Positions 41,564 to 55,017 of a stretch of DNA of 64,000 bases are shown here, piece by piece. A program made the position numbers and the translations under genes. Position 1 is the first letter of the stretch; every line of letters begins with the position of its first letter. Origin of the DNA: Auanema rhodensis (taxonomy: Eukaryota; Animalia; Nematoda); assembly GCA_964057225.1 (NCBI GenBank), contig OZ059896.1:9610001-9674000 (forward strand), given 5' to 3'. Under the pieces are notes generated by a model that was not told where the DNA came from, made no database searches, and saw only the letters and a list, made by a program, of their open reading frames with translations.

Positions 41564-43240
41564 TTAAGTTGAAGAGCATTTTATCTTATTAGCTATATAT
41601 ACGATTGTCGTTGTTTCACTTGAAATCGAACGAAATAACTGATGTTTGCTTGGTAAAACTGTAATTATCTGGATTTTTTAATTTTACCATTGATTACATT
41701 AAACATACAATAATTTAAAATATGCACACATGCTTTACGATAAGATCTTGTAGCCATCAAAAGAGTTAAAGGACCCGCAATACCAGAAATACTTATAAGA
41801 ATGACAGAAACATCAACTAAAGCTGTAATTATAAGAATTTTTGTTGAAATCATATAAAAATATAAAAGCAACATACTTCCTAATGGAAGGCTCAATGAAT
41901 TAACAACTAAAAATACAACCATTGGACCAACAAAGAAGCCTATTTGCACAGAAACCTGAAGATAATTAACTAAACTAATATTTGTTTATATAATATCATT
42001 TTTTCAAACCAATGATTTTTTATAATGAAATATTTTACTTTTTTTAACTTCCTACTTTAACAATTTCTATTTTTTTGTAATTTTTTTTGAGATTATTCAT
42101 AGAATTCCAACATTCATAACAAAAAATGGTTCTATCGCATTTGTTGCTATTCGAAAAAAAAAATTATCGTCAAATACTCTAGGCAATGGATAAGCCTAGC
42201 CTAACTTTAGGCAGTGGATCAGCCTAAGCTTATACGTTCTTGTGTGATAGACAAATGCTAATATAAATTAATTTCACTGAACTGAGTGGTGGCTGGCAAC
42301 AAATGCACAAAAGCCCAAAAAATTTCTCATTTATCGAAAAAATTAATAATCTAACCTGCAATGAAAGAACTTTAACAAAAGATCTTTGTAGCTTTTTTGT
42401 TGTCATAGACATCTTATCCTTATATTTGTTCATAGAGTTGAGGGTTAGAATACCAAAAATAAATGATATTATCATAATAAGAATCAATATGATGATTAAT
42501 GATGCTAATGCTATTCGAAAAAAATCATCAGATTCTGATAAGCTGAATACTATTGTTAGATCATCCCAATATTCTGGTGGTACTATGTCTAAGCGCTGCA
42601 ACATAATTTTAAAATTTTACTGAACTTATCTATTACAAAGCTTACGGGGAAGCAAGATTCTTTGATAGTTTTCTGATTAGTAAGTCTAAAATTGGTTACA
42701 AGTAGAGCAGGTATAATAATTGAAAGTGTGATTATTCCTCCATAAACCACAACTTTCGCAGATACACTAGTCATAAACGCTGCTGATGGTAGTAGGGACG
42801 AGTATCTACAGAAGAATAAACTGGCTATAAAACCACCAACTACTGTAAGATAAAAGAAATGATGTAAATATAATTTATATTGAATAATTATTATACCTAC
42901 GAATATCCATAGTTGAATAATTAATTGAACTAATGTACTAACTCCGAAATATCTTAAAAATCCAATTGGATAGCCTCCAAAACATGGAGTTATAAAGATA
43001 GGAACAGTTCCACCAGATAATAGTATTTGTGATATATTAGTCCTTAAAAAAAGTTTTTTAACCATAAAATTTAATTTAAAAATCTTACATCAATACTTGT
43101 CCAAAAAGTAATATCTTATATTCAAAAGATGTAGCTTTATTTGATTTAAATAAAATACAATAAAGTGATAGAAATGATACAAAAATACCAACAGGACATG
43201 TACAAAGCATAATATATTTATATATATCACTTTCTGTCAT
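41564..43240 (-). CDS. Serpentine 7TM chemoreceptor, Srh/Sri-like (copy 2, tandem paralog)
   Basis: MTESDIYKYIMLCTCPVGIF...SFEYK...TPCFGGYPIGFLRYFG...MSMTTKKLQRSFVKVLSLQ...SISGIAGPLTLLMATRSYRK. The last exon is inferred from a GTATGT..TTACAG intron at the position matching copy 1; without that intron the stop is at 41665. Confidence 0.83.
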
Positions 43241-44725
43241 TGTTCTTCTTATAGCTAATGAAAAATTATTAGTGAAGAATGTGAGAATTAAAAAAAACTG
43301 ATTTATTGAAACTATCAATTAGTCATGATTACATGAAAAAGAGTTTCAATTCTGAAAAACTTTGAGAATAATAAGAATGATAGTTTCTTCAGCTTATATA
43401 TGCTGGTATTAAATATTATTGATTGCTTCAGAATTGAAGGTAACTTCTAAAATATTCATTAAATCATAAATATTTCTATTAATTTGAATTTATGAATACA
43501 CATATCGATACAAAATAAAATTCATATAAAATTAAAATATCGCAGAATAGTTAGTAAAGTTATACTATTTTAATATCTTTGAAAACAACAAAACAAGGAA
43601 AAACAAATGTTCTAAGGTTACAATGTCTTCAAGTTGTAAACAATTTCTTTTCTTTTATTTCTTTCAACCTCATACAATACAAAAGATGTTCTAAATATAG
43701 AAAACCTATAAAGCCCTTCTTGTAATCTTGCAAATTCCGTGAATGGACAAAGATATTTGAAAAATTCAACAATTTGAAGATCATTTTTTTTCTCTTTTCT
43801 TTCTCGAGGTAAGCACAATTTTCGAATTTAGACACCAATTTTGATATGAAAAATCTGAATTTACAATAGATCTTTAACTCTCAGCCTTGTTATGAAACCA
43901 TAAAGCAACAGGTGCTATAATATATTGCTAGCATGAAATTACAGAAGGAATTTCATCTATCTTTCTAGAGCTCCTAATATGAAATGAAAATCTAATGGAA
44001 TCAAGCGATTCTGTACGTACTTACTTTTCTATCATTTTTTTACATAACAAACTGTAAGATCATTTGCGTGAATCCTGTAAGATGTATCAGGCTAAACGTT
44101 TCAGCCTTCGCTTAAAAGGTTGAACTTTGAGCCAACTATTTGAAATGTTATCACCTTCAACTATAATGCATCATTTCATTAACTGTTATACTACAGTAAT
44201 CGTTTAAGATCGATTCCAAGATTCACCACAATTTATTTTATAGCGAAAGTCAGCTTATAACATTTGTTTCTATTTTAAACTTTTACATATGCACGTAAGA
44301 CATTCTTTTTTATAGAAAATATAGATTGAATATTTCCTCTTCAATAATAATGAACAATAATTTATTGTTAAAATAAAATAATATACAATAAAAAATTGAT
44401 CAAAAATATTTGCAAACTTATGCAGTTCATTAAGCACTGCTTGAAGTTTGCATCATATATTCAATACAAATTGAAACTTGAATTTTTTTTAATTAGTATG
44501 CTGATATCAATATAATGTTTGATATTTGTTTTATTTTACTTTTAAAAAAAAGCATGATGATAATCATATTCTGTTACTTTGACGCACACAATTCATATCA
44601 ATAAATAATAATTAACGCTTATGATATTCAAGATTAAAAATTTCAAGTAGAATAATAAAAATATATATAAACGCGTTTTAATTTTAATATCAAAACTACT
44701 CTTTTTCAATCAAATTTTTAACCAT

Positions 44726-44997
44726 TTATAATGAACTACTACTTTCGTGATTATCAAGATTGTTCTTATTATCAAATTTTGCCCATTTTTGTACATCACC
44801 TATAATATTATATAATATTATCAAATTATAAATATACAAATTTCTTTAAAAAAAAAAAGTTCTTAAATTAACCTGATCCAAATAGAATAAAAATAGTTCC
44901 TGATACGGTGCAAGCTATTGCTGCAGTAAGAAACATTGCATGCCATCCTCCGTTTCCCTTAAAATATAAAAACATTTTCAAATACAATTTTATTTTT

Positions 44998-45033
<36 letters not shown>

Positions 45034-47483
45034 ATTTTAAAAATATTTTTAAAATAAAAATATTTTATAAATTACCGTGTCGTGTAATGCTGTCATAGCA
45101 TATGGAGTTACTACAATGCCTAGTTGAGCACAAAACAATGAAATTGAGGATAATGTGGCTGTATATCTTGGTGCTAATGATAATAAGCTCGTAACAAATC
45201 CACTACATTCTATAAATAAATTAAATATTATTTAAGTAAATAATACATAAGAATTTAGTGGATCAACTGCATTTATGCTATCTTATTTTATTTTATATTT
45301 TTATATTTATTTACAAAAATGAGACTGTCTTAATGTTGATATATGAAAAACTTTGAATAATTAATAAGTTTGAGTTTGAGTTTTTTTTAAAAATCATCAA
45401 ATATATGAACATATAATTACATATACATATAATTTAGTTTAATTATTTTTTTTTGATTATAATATTTAAAAATTGAATTAACAATTTCAAACATCTTCAT
45501 AATATTTTGATAATATGATAGGTATAGATACATTTAAAAATCATAAATATTTCCTGGTTAAACGAAAATGATTATTGTATTTCATTAGTTGAGGAAATAA
45601 AATATGAAAAATAAATTGTACTTACCGATACCTTGACATGCGAATAAGATACAAGATAATATCAATGCTAGTATAGGTGTAGTACAATCAACTAAAAATG
45701 CCAAACCAAGAAATGATAAAGCCATTCCATAGCTTGCTAAACATTCGAGTATTAGGTATTATTATTAATTATCAAATAATATGTCATACACACTGCTTGA
45801 GAAAATTTGGCTGAAGCCGTTGGAGTTATAAGTCTTAATTCCTTTAGTTTATCAAAAGCAACTCCCCAAATCACTTTAGCTGCTAAATTGAAAAAATTTG
45901 GCAAAGATACAAAAAGCCCATTCTGTAATAGTTAACAGTAGAATAATATTAAAAAATCTATTACGTACAGCCATTACTCCAAGTAAAAGAACTTCTTTAA
46001 AATATGTTGGAAGATATGTTCCCATCAAGGCTGCAGAGAAGCACATCAGAAAATGGCATTGTAATTGAGCCAAAAATGGTATTGAAGTAAAAATATTCTT
46101 GTAAGGAACTTCTTTCCATGTCTGTATCAATAATTGAAAACAAATTTTTTGAATCTCGTAATACCATAGCTGTTTGATTAGCTGATTCATTGGTAATATT
46201 TAAAAATTCTTTTTCTTCATGAGTAATATTTTTACAAGAATCAGGACTAGATGACGCAGTGAATATCCATATAACACACCATATCGAACTTATCAAACCT
46301 ATTAATATTATATTTCATGAAGATACAACATAATTCTTTACTTCCAAGATAAAATACTGCTGGCCAACCTATTGAGCTTTCACAAAATGCTGCAGCTAAT
46401 GGGCTTTCACCCACCCCTGCTACCTAGGAAATATGAGTAAAGTTAAGAATAATTCATAAATATTTTGATATAACATACATATCATTAACAAAATTAGTCG
46501 TTTTTATATAGAAAATACAATACCTGCTCACCAATAGCATTCAAGGCTAATGCTGTGCTTCGCTCACTTACAGGAAACCAATTAGAAATTAATGTATTAA
46601 CTGATGGAGTTACAAAACCCTAAACAATCACACACATAATATTAATAATAATATAAATTTACATATTATAAAAGTATATTGAAAATTTAAAATATAAACA
46701 TACATCGCCTAATCCAAGTAATAATCGTAATACAAATGTCAATTGATATCCACTATATTCAGCTGCTAACGGTATAAATGAATTTGCAATTGTATATGTT
46801 AATAAAGCTATTAAATAGATATATTTAACAGAATATCTTAATTAAACATAAAATTACTTTAAATCTAATTTTTGATAAGAAATATAACCTTTGAAGAACA
46901 AACATTGATGGTAAAACTGATAGACATCCTCCCCAAAAAGCTCCGGCGAACACAATATTCTGCTCTTTGTGAGTCCATATCAAATGTCCCTTTAATTGAT
47001 ATTTAAAAAATAAATTATATAAATAAATTAAAATAAATAAATATTTAAAACAAAAACAGTTATTAGAATTAGTTAAAATATAAGTTTAAATAGAAGATTA
47101 CTTAGTTTAAACCTACTCCGTAATCATTTTCAATTTTCTGATTATTGGGATCATCACGATTTTTACATTTTCCTGTGCTATTGGAATGATCTAGTAGATT
47201 TATGAATGGAAGAGTTTCTCTTTTCTCGAGAAGATTAACAGCTGTTGAATTAACCATACAAGTCATTGTCATATCAATTCCAGACATCATATATGTTGTA
47301 CAAAATGAACTTATAGCTAATAATAATATTATATGAAGTCTACGTGATCGATAATGAAATAACGCTTTAAATAAAATTATAATTTTATAATTATAATAAT
47401 AATTAATGTTTCTTACGATATCTGGTTACGGTAATATGTTGATTTTCCTTAATAGCATTACTAAAAAACATAAACATCACCAT
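44726..47483 (-). CDS. SLC17 (anion:cation symporter, sialin-like) MFS transporter
   Basis: PLFHYRSRRLHII...MTMTCMVNSTAV...WTHKEQNIVFAGAFWG...LRLLLGLGDGFVTPSVNTLISNWFPVSERSTA...GWPAVFY...VPYKNIFTSIPF...YLPTYFKEVL...GFVTSLLSLAPRYTATLSS...SGDVQKWAK*. TTTTCAG acceptor 16 nt before the ATG. Confidence 0.88.
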
Positions 47484-50400
47484 AATAATGGAATGTGCTC
47501 TGAAAAATATTAAAATTTACAAATTAATAATTGAATTAAGACAAATAATCTAAAAATAATTTTTGTATTCTTGATAATAAAGTATAAATGTTACCATTAT
47601 GTGCGTCACAGATTAAATAATACGTCGAAGAAGCTACCATTTTTGTGAGATAAGACACTTCTTCTTCTGTTTTTGATACAAGGGCTTTTGTTTTTTAATC
47701 CCTAAAATGTACTCAACTATTTGACACAAAGCAACAAAAAAAAACATAATAATTATAAATTATAAATTAATTTAATTCAATTAAAATATTTTTAATTTAA
47801 TTTAATATAAGATTCTCCTTTCAAAAGAAATTATATACTTCCTTATACACATCCGCAACATTTGTGAAGTGAAATTCGTAAAATACATTTATATCAATTT
47901 GAATTATTCGCATTTGAACAAGAAAAACGGTTGATCATCATCATTATGCATATGTATGTTTGAATTTATATTGATTCATATTATTATTTCATTTCAATAG
48001 ATTATTCTCATGTTTAATGCCCATTTCTATTCAATTCTAGCTATTTAAAGCCAAAGAAGATTCGAAGTTCAAAAGACTCGACGAAGTTGGTAAGGGTAAT
48101 TACCAAAGTCAGACGACCCTTGTGTTGGAAAGAGAAAACTGGTCTTGATTGAACATTTTTCCAACAAAAAAAATTCTCTTTAAGGTCACTGAGCTTCCGT
48201 TTCGACGTATTAGTTGTACATGAAGTCATAGAGTAAGTTAATATTTCTGACGAACATCGGTTGAAATCATTTGTTTTATTTAGTAAAATTCATATATTTG
48301 TATGTATATTATCTATATATTAAGTTACAAGTCTAAGTTGCATGTTTAACTAACTATATACATGATTTTAACAAAAAAAAATTATACTGTAAAGAGAGAT
48401 TTATCATGAATTTTAAATTGTATCGTCAGTAAATATAATCGACAACAAAACCTTTTTAATATTGCTACCTATTCATATATGTATGTATATAACTATGCTT
48501 TATTGTAATTCATTAAAACCTATTATATTAGTATTATCTCGATTGAAAATCAGCATTGCTACTTCAAAGCCGAAAAACAAAGAATGATGTTTCAAGTATA
48601 ATGTCTTTTCTTTTCTTTTTTTGTTCAAATTTCTTCAACTATTTTCTATCAGATGAAAATCTGATGAATTTGACAATCTGTCTTATGCTTCACAATTTCA
48701 TACATTTATCGTTCTTTCATCATTTCGTCAAAAATGGTATTCTTAATCATATTGGTCAACTCAGCAGGTACATTGGTCTGATTGATCAACTTCACATAAG
48801 AATCAACGAGATCTTCAAAATGTCTTCTTGACCATATACAAAAGGTTCCAGTTGTCTTTTTACCTGTTCATTTTTCATTGTTCATCTTTTAATGATTGAC
48901 CTTAAATGTACTCTTTCTATTCTCTATTATCATTTTTTTTCATATTTTTCATGTAATTCATTTAAATTATTCATATTTAAATATTCATGATTCAATATTG
49001 TTTGAAAATACAATTTCATGTTTTAACTACGGTAGTAACATCAACTAAATTGCCTATAATTTTCAAAATTTTTTTTTAAAGATTCGTTTGGTATTTCTTC
49101 TTATGATATTTCGTCGAATATAGTTAAATATTTATTATTTATCTTATTGACAGTTAAGTATTCATTATTGTTTTTTTTTGGAATTTACTTTGAATAGTTT
49201 ACTATCAATGTATGTATGTCAAAGTTTTTTTCCATGTCGATGTTAATCTTTCTCTTTCTCTCATCATCATTATTTTTTAACGTTATTTTCGGTTGTCATT
49301 TTTCTCTTCTAATTTCTCGATCACTCTCTCTCTTTCTCTCTCTCTCTTTCTCTCCCTCTCCTTCTTCATCTTTCTTTAATTCACAATCTCTATTAATATC
49401 TATCTCTCTATCAATCTACCCCTCACTTTCTTTCTTTCTTTTTTTGTCAATCTCGTCTCTTCATGCCCAGTTTCTTTTTGTGTTGCCTTTATGTCACATG
49501 TTGCCCTTCACCACACTATTTTCCCCCACTCTCCTCTTATTACCTTGTATGGTAGCGCTATCCTCAACCATGTGGCGACAGTCCCATCAAACTAGTTTTC
49601 AACACTTCCGTCCATCGTCGGCACGCATATTCTGAGCCTCCCTATGACCATCATAACCAACTTCACTTCAATGTATTGTAAGCTAGAAGCATAGACTCTT
49701 AAGACTGTACTAGAAAAATATAAAACTATTATGTGTTTGAAACGTAAGGAAGAACAGTGTATTGAAATAGTTTTTTTTCCTTTTTCTCACTATATTACTC
49801 AATAAAATTATAATTTATTATATTTTATATGATTAGTTCGTATCTGTTAAATATATAATTATAATGAAAAATATTTAGTTATCATATCCTACATGTGAGA
49901 ACATCTCTATTTCAATATTTCACTTATCCGATGTCCTTCAATATCAGATCATCACTTATATAAACATAAATATGTACAGTTGACACTATAGTCAACAACA
50001 TTTTCATAATATATGTTGTAAATATTATAAAACCTCTTATTCATTAACCTCATACATTACCATCATCCTTTTCTGAGATCGATCCTTCTTGACGAGTTTT
50101 TAAACTTCTCTTCTCAATCTTTCAATTTTTTTTCATGAAACGCTCGCATAACTTTCTGTATTATCAATCTTCAGCTGTAAAACTTTTTTTTTCCAAAAAT
50201 AGATGTTCGTGTTTTTCATGAAAACTGTATTTCTAGAAAGTTTGAAAGATTATGCTAATAATTTGACCTCTATTCAACTCATGAAGATATTCACATATAT
50301 AACATAATATTTACCAAATCATTGTGAATTATATTCTATATCAAGTGTATATTTATCTTTATAATTCCATATTTATTTTGATTTTAAACCCTTTTCAAAT

Positions 50401-50639
50401 AAAATATATGTTCTGTTTAACATTGCATTCTTGAGATCTTTTTAACACAACTTTTCACTGGTTCACCTATCTCTCAAAGTTCCTAATGTAAACATTTTTA
50501 TTCAAAATAAAACTCAAGTTTGCAGGGAAGAAACCGAAAATAGTAATAGTAGAAGTAGAAAAAAAATAGATGTAGAGGAAAAAGAAAATAAAGAGGACGA
50601 GTGAAAGGAAGTAGAGAGAAAATAAAAGGGAGAGAGAAA

Positions 50640-50643
<4 letters not shown>

Positions 50644-50709
<66 letters not shown>
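50644..50709. repeat. (GA)n microsatellite
   Basis: Direct reading. Confidence 0.95.
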
Positions 50710-50713
<4 letters not shown>

Positions 50714-51833
50714 GAAACAGAAAGAGGGAGGGAGAATGAATAAGTAAAGCATTTTGTATATCGTTGACGGTTTTCTTGTTAAAAATGAAAAGAAAAGTTT
50801 GAAATTCTTTTTTTTTCGAGACTATTAACTTGTTATTTAGTATAAATATGTTTGAACTATAAATATAACAATCATATGAATATAATCGATGTATGAGAAC
50901 AATTACAATTATTGATGCTCTACCATTGAATTTGTCAATTGATAGAAAATTCAAAATAGAAAACAAGAATATTGGGTTCAATACCTTGTTTCTTTCTTAC
51001 TAATCTATATTTCTATTCATAGAGAAATGAAGAAAAAAAGCTTAAATTGATATAGTCTCATATAATCTCTACCGTCTAACCCAAAACACAGACATATTAT
51101 TTCAGTAAACAACTGTTCTTCGTAATAAATAAAAATTGAAGTTCAAAGTTTGTGAGTTTTGCATCTATCACATGAGTATTTAATCGGATTGGTTCAGTTT
51201 TTTAAAAGCAAATCGTATTGTTTTTTTTCTGAGAACCGTTCATCACGATATTGCATTCTTTCATCGAATTTCAATTTTACATTATTATTTTTAAATCTTA
51301 TTCAACAATATTTTTAATCAAACTCGACATTTCTATCTGAACTTGCTCAACTATAACATAAATGTTTTATTACCTATACTTATTTACAGTTGAATTTCTC
51401 ATTATCTTTTCTTTTTCAAAAAAAACAATACCGAAAAATAGAACAAAGACAATTCGTTCAAATTACTGATTTTATACTCTTCAAACATAAATTCTATAGC
51501 AATCAAAAGATTTATAGAGTGAAGTAGGATCTGCTAGAGAATAGTATGCTAACTATTTTTCCAAACTTTCAATTGAATTCATTATATATCAATTCTTTAT
51601 TAGGTCAATTGTAGGCACAAACTAACTCAAGAATGTATTGCTTTCGGTCACTGAATCTTTTCACCGTTACAGGAAAATTTCATCTATTTTTTAAAAAAAA
51701 AAATAATTTTGAGTATTATTACTGTTTACTCGTTTTTCCATATAACTCTGTCGTATTATTAACCCACATTTCTTGACTTTATAAGTTTCCATAAATAATA
51801 AAACTTTGATAAATATTGTCTATAACTTTACAG

Positions 51834-52834
51834 ATGCAGCAACAATATGCTCGCCCTCATCCAGGAACGACTCGATTATACTCTCTTGTGCATGACTCTC
51901 CGTAAGTTTCATATCTATTACAACTCATGCATTCGATTCCTTGTATGTTGTATCAGCTCTGTTAAAATTATTTTCAAATTAATAGTATATTCACTTTGTC
52001 TGAACGATCACGAGTTTTTAATTTCATTATATTGACTTGTTTATTCATTAGAAATTTCAATAACAATTATAATAACAAAACATCAGAAACTATTTATTTC
52101 TCTCACAGTGCAAACAAAACAACTTGCAGAAGAGAAGGCCGGTGGAGTCCAGGAGATCATGCTTATGAAGAGTTCAAAAAGATAGTCGTCCTTGCTGGTG
52201 CTTTTTTCTTTGTTATTATTATTTGCGTCATGTCCAAGTTGCAGGTAGTATACCTCGTTATAAAATATTCGATTAAATAAGGTTTTCTTTAAGGTTGGAC
52301 CAGAAGATGTCCTCAGATGGTCGCCAATTGTTTGGCTTATTGGTGTATGTACTGCTGGAGCAATAATGAACTTTATCTTCTACTGTCAGAAGAAATATCA
52401 AGAAAAGAAACGAAGACGTCGTAACATAGAAGTATGTTCTTTCATTTCATTTAACATCAGACATGTCAATTCGAATTTGGGCTGTTCATCACTTTTTGCT
52501 GATTTTAAAAGAATTTCAATCTTTGTTCATTACCAAATACTCCTCTGATTATTTTTAATTCACTAAACATCTTTCAATTTTAGCTAGAACAATTATATGC
52601 ATTACCTATTCCACTGTCATTTCCTTGTTTGGCCCCTCCACCCCACATTGATTGCTGTCGAAGCAGATCAGTTCTATCATTGCCTACTTACGATGAAGTA
52701 GTTCAGGAGAAGGAAGAGGTCGCATTCATTTTCTAAAATTTAAAACGTCCATCTATTTTTAGGAAGAACATCCTCCGGCATACGGAGTTGCTGTTGCTAT
52801 GCTACCACAGATGAACCCACCCTCTCTTGCCTAG
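51834..52834 (+). CDS. Uncharacterised small two-TM protein with cytoplasmic LPxY and PPxY motifs, 5 exons
   Basis: TTTACAG directly before the ATG. Exons splice in frame: MQQQYARPHP...IVVLAGAFFFVIIICVM...WSPIVWLIGVCTAGAIMNFIFYCQKKYQEKKRRRR...SLPTYDEVVQEKEEEEHPPAYGVAVAM...SLA*. Confidence 0.8.
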
Positions 52835-53314
52835 AATTCTTTCAAATTCTTTCTAACCAAAGCTGCCTTCCTCAGATATTCCAAAATTTAATGTAGATAT
52901 ATACAAATTCCCATAACATAAGATTATTGTGGACTTAGCTTATGGTCGACGGACAACGCGCTGAAGTGTCAAGCAAATTGAGCCATTTAAAATTTCTAAG
53001 CAATACTAATGCTCAGGACAGATTATTTCTTCTATACATACTTTTCTTTTTTCTATTAATAGGATTCAATTGTTACTTACTATTTGATCACGGGTCACAC
53101 ATATTCATGTTTTTAATTGTATTTCCATAAAAAAAAACAATATTTTAAAAATTGATAACATACATGATGAACAGAAACAGTATACATCAGAGTGTCAACG
53201 TAAAATAATTCAAACTACTAAAGCACTAGTCATGTGCAAGAAAATAAATCCTAAAAAGAATGAAAAACGAAAAGAGGTTGATCGTCATATATTTCCTTTT
53301 AATATTTCTTGAAT

Positions 53315-54564
53315 TTACTTGGATTTCTTGGATTCCTTCTTGGGTACTGATTGGTACTTGGCCTTTCCACCTCCGAGAACATAAGATTGAAGGAAGAAGT
53401 TGATGAAGAGAGCGAGATAAGTGATATCCATGAAAGTAGCAAGCTTGAAGACTTGAGGATCGAAATCGCACTTGACCTAAAGTTAAAAAATGCTATAAGA
53501 TATACTCTGATTTTAAACTCACTCCTTGAATATGAACAAGGATTCCGATATGAGCAAGAACAGCGCAAGAAATGATAAATTGAAGGATCTGGATAGTTGT
53601 GATGAACATAGCAACGAATCCGGGAACTCTAATCTTCATGGAGCGCAAGAAATAGTATCTAAATAAAAAATATTAGTATAACTAAGAACTACAATATCAG
53701 AATACTCACGAATACATGAAGGCATGTACAAAGAAGTTGAGGAAGATTCCATATCTATTGAATCCTGGGGTATTTGGGTGAGAGTAGAAAGCATAGACGA
53801 GAGTGAGAATGTGGTGGTACCTTAAATGCTATAATAATATTTAGAGTTAAGAATTTACACACCAGTGAAGGAACATGAGAGGTCTTTTGCGGAGAACAAG
53901 GAAAACAGTGTCAGTCAATTCGAAAAGCTTAGATACGATGAAGAGCCAAACCCAGTATCCATTTTCTCCCTTGGTAAAATTGTATTCATAGCAGTATGAG
54001 TCTGAAATTTATAAAAGATTAGATAGAATTAATGCACCATGAAGTATAAGATTTGCTCTGATGTTTCTAAGAAATGCGTGAGAACCAGTTCTCCTAATCA
54101 GTTTTCAAAACTATTGATGACCCTGAAGTGAAGGCCCCCTCATCCAAATGTACAATACGTCCTCTAAGATATTTAACCTTAACGGAAAAGCACTCACTAA
54201 CAAGTCCTTTGTTTTGAATGGTTCCGAAGAATTCTGGAGCAAGCTTGATGGTACCAATGATGGAGAATGTAGCCAAAATAAAATTCCAGATATTAAGAGG
54301 TACGAAGAGAGAGAATGGAGCACGATTTCTCATAAAGAACTTGGTTCCAAAAACAATAACAACATAGAGAAGAGAAGCCTGTAATATAAATATATTAAAT
54401 TATTTTATTTTAATTTTTCACACCTGAATCGTTAAGTCAAAATGATCAGACACCCATTTGCGTCCTTCTTTGTCTGGGAAGTTTTCTCCTCCATGTGTAG
54501 CAATGGAAATGAACTTCTTGGTGTCCACTTTGACATCCAGAAAACGTTCCACAAGTGGATGCAT
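53315..54564 (-). CDS. elo-1: Fatty acid elongase (ELO/GNS1 family)
   Basis: MHPLVERFLDVKVDTKKF...KLFELTDTVFLVLRKRPLMFLHWYHH (His box)...NFFVHAFMYSYYFLR...TTIQILQF...KKESKKSK* (lysine-rich ER-retention-type tail). Closely matches recalled C. elegans ELO-1. Confidence 0.96.
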
Positions 54565-55007
54565 GATTTGTTACCTGTAAAATATTACAAACGTAATCAG
54601 AGCAAAATATGATAAGAAGTTGCTGATAGGTCCAAGTCCGACTTGGAAAAAAAAGATAAGAAAGTCCATGAAAAACATTTCTGGAAACAGTATTTTGTTT
54701 CCTAAACTTAATGAAGAAACAAAATTTTACTAGGTTTAGATTTGTGTTTGAATGAAACCGATTAAGTGCACAAGAGATTCAAAACAATGTAATATAAGAG
54801 AAAAAGACAGAGTAACAAAACACATTTTATGAAAACAAAAACATTTAATAAGACTGATTTTCATTTAGTAGTTTGAAAACACGAGACTACTGATTTGAAA
54901 TTAAATCAAATACTCCGATATTCCAATTGAAAAACTAAATGAAAATATCTTAAGGAAGAAAAACAGCATGGCAGTGGGAATGCCTAGAAATTGTAAATGG
55001 CGCGAAT

Positions 55008-55017
55008 ATCACCCCAC
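55008..55017. promoter_or_regulatory. Sterol regulatory element (SREBP/SBP-1 site) candidate upstream of elo-1
   Basis: Exact ATCACCCCAC, 444 nt upstream of the elo-1 ATG. Confidence 0.6.

Noticed and set aside
49216-50981. Long Leu/Ser/Phe-rich ORFs (also 10622-11059, 13845-14453, 19139-19396, 21693-22199, 56046-56435)
   Set aside because: They are translations of CT/GA low-complexity tracts with no exon structure.
53351-54384. Plus-strand ORFs antisense to elo-1 (and similar antisense ORFs at 2763-2984 and 42303-42623)
   Set aside because: Shadow frames of real exons.
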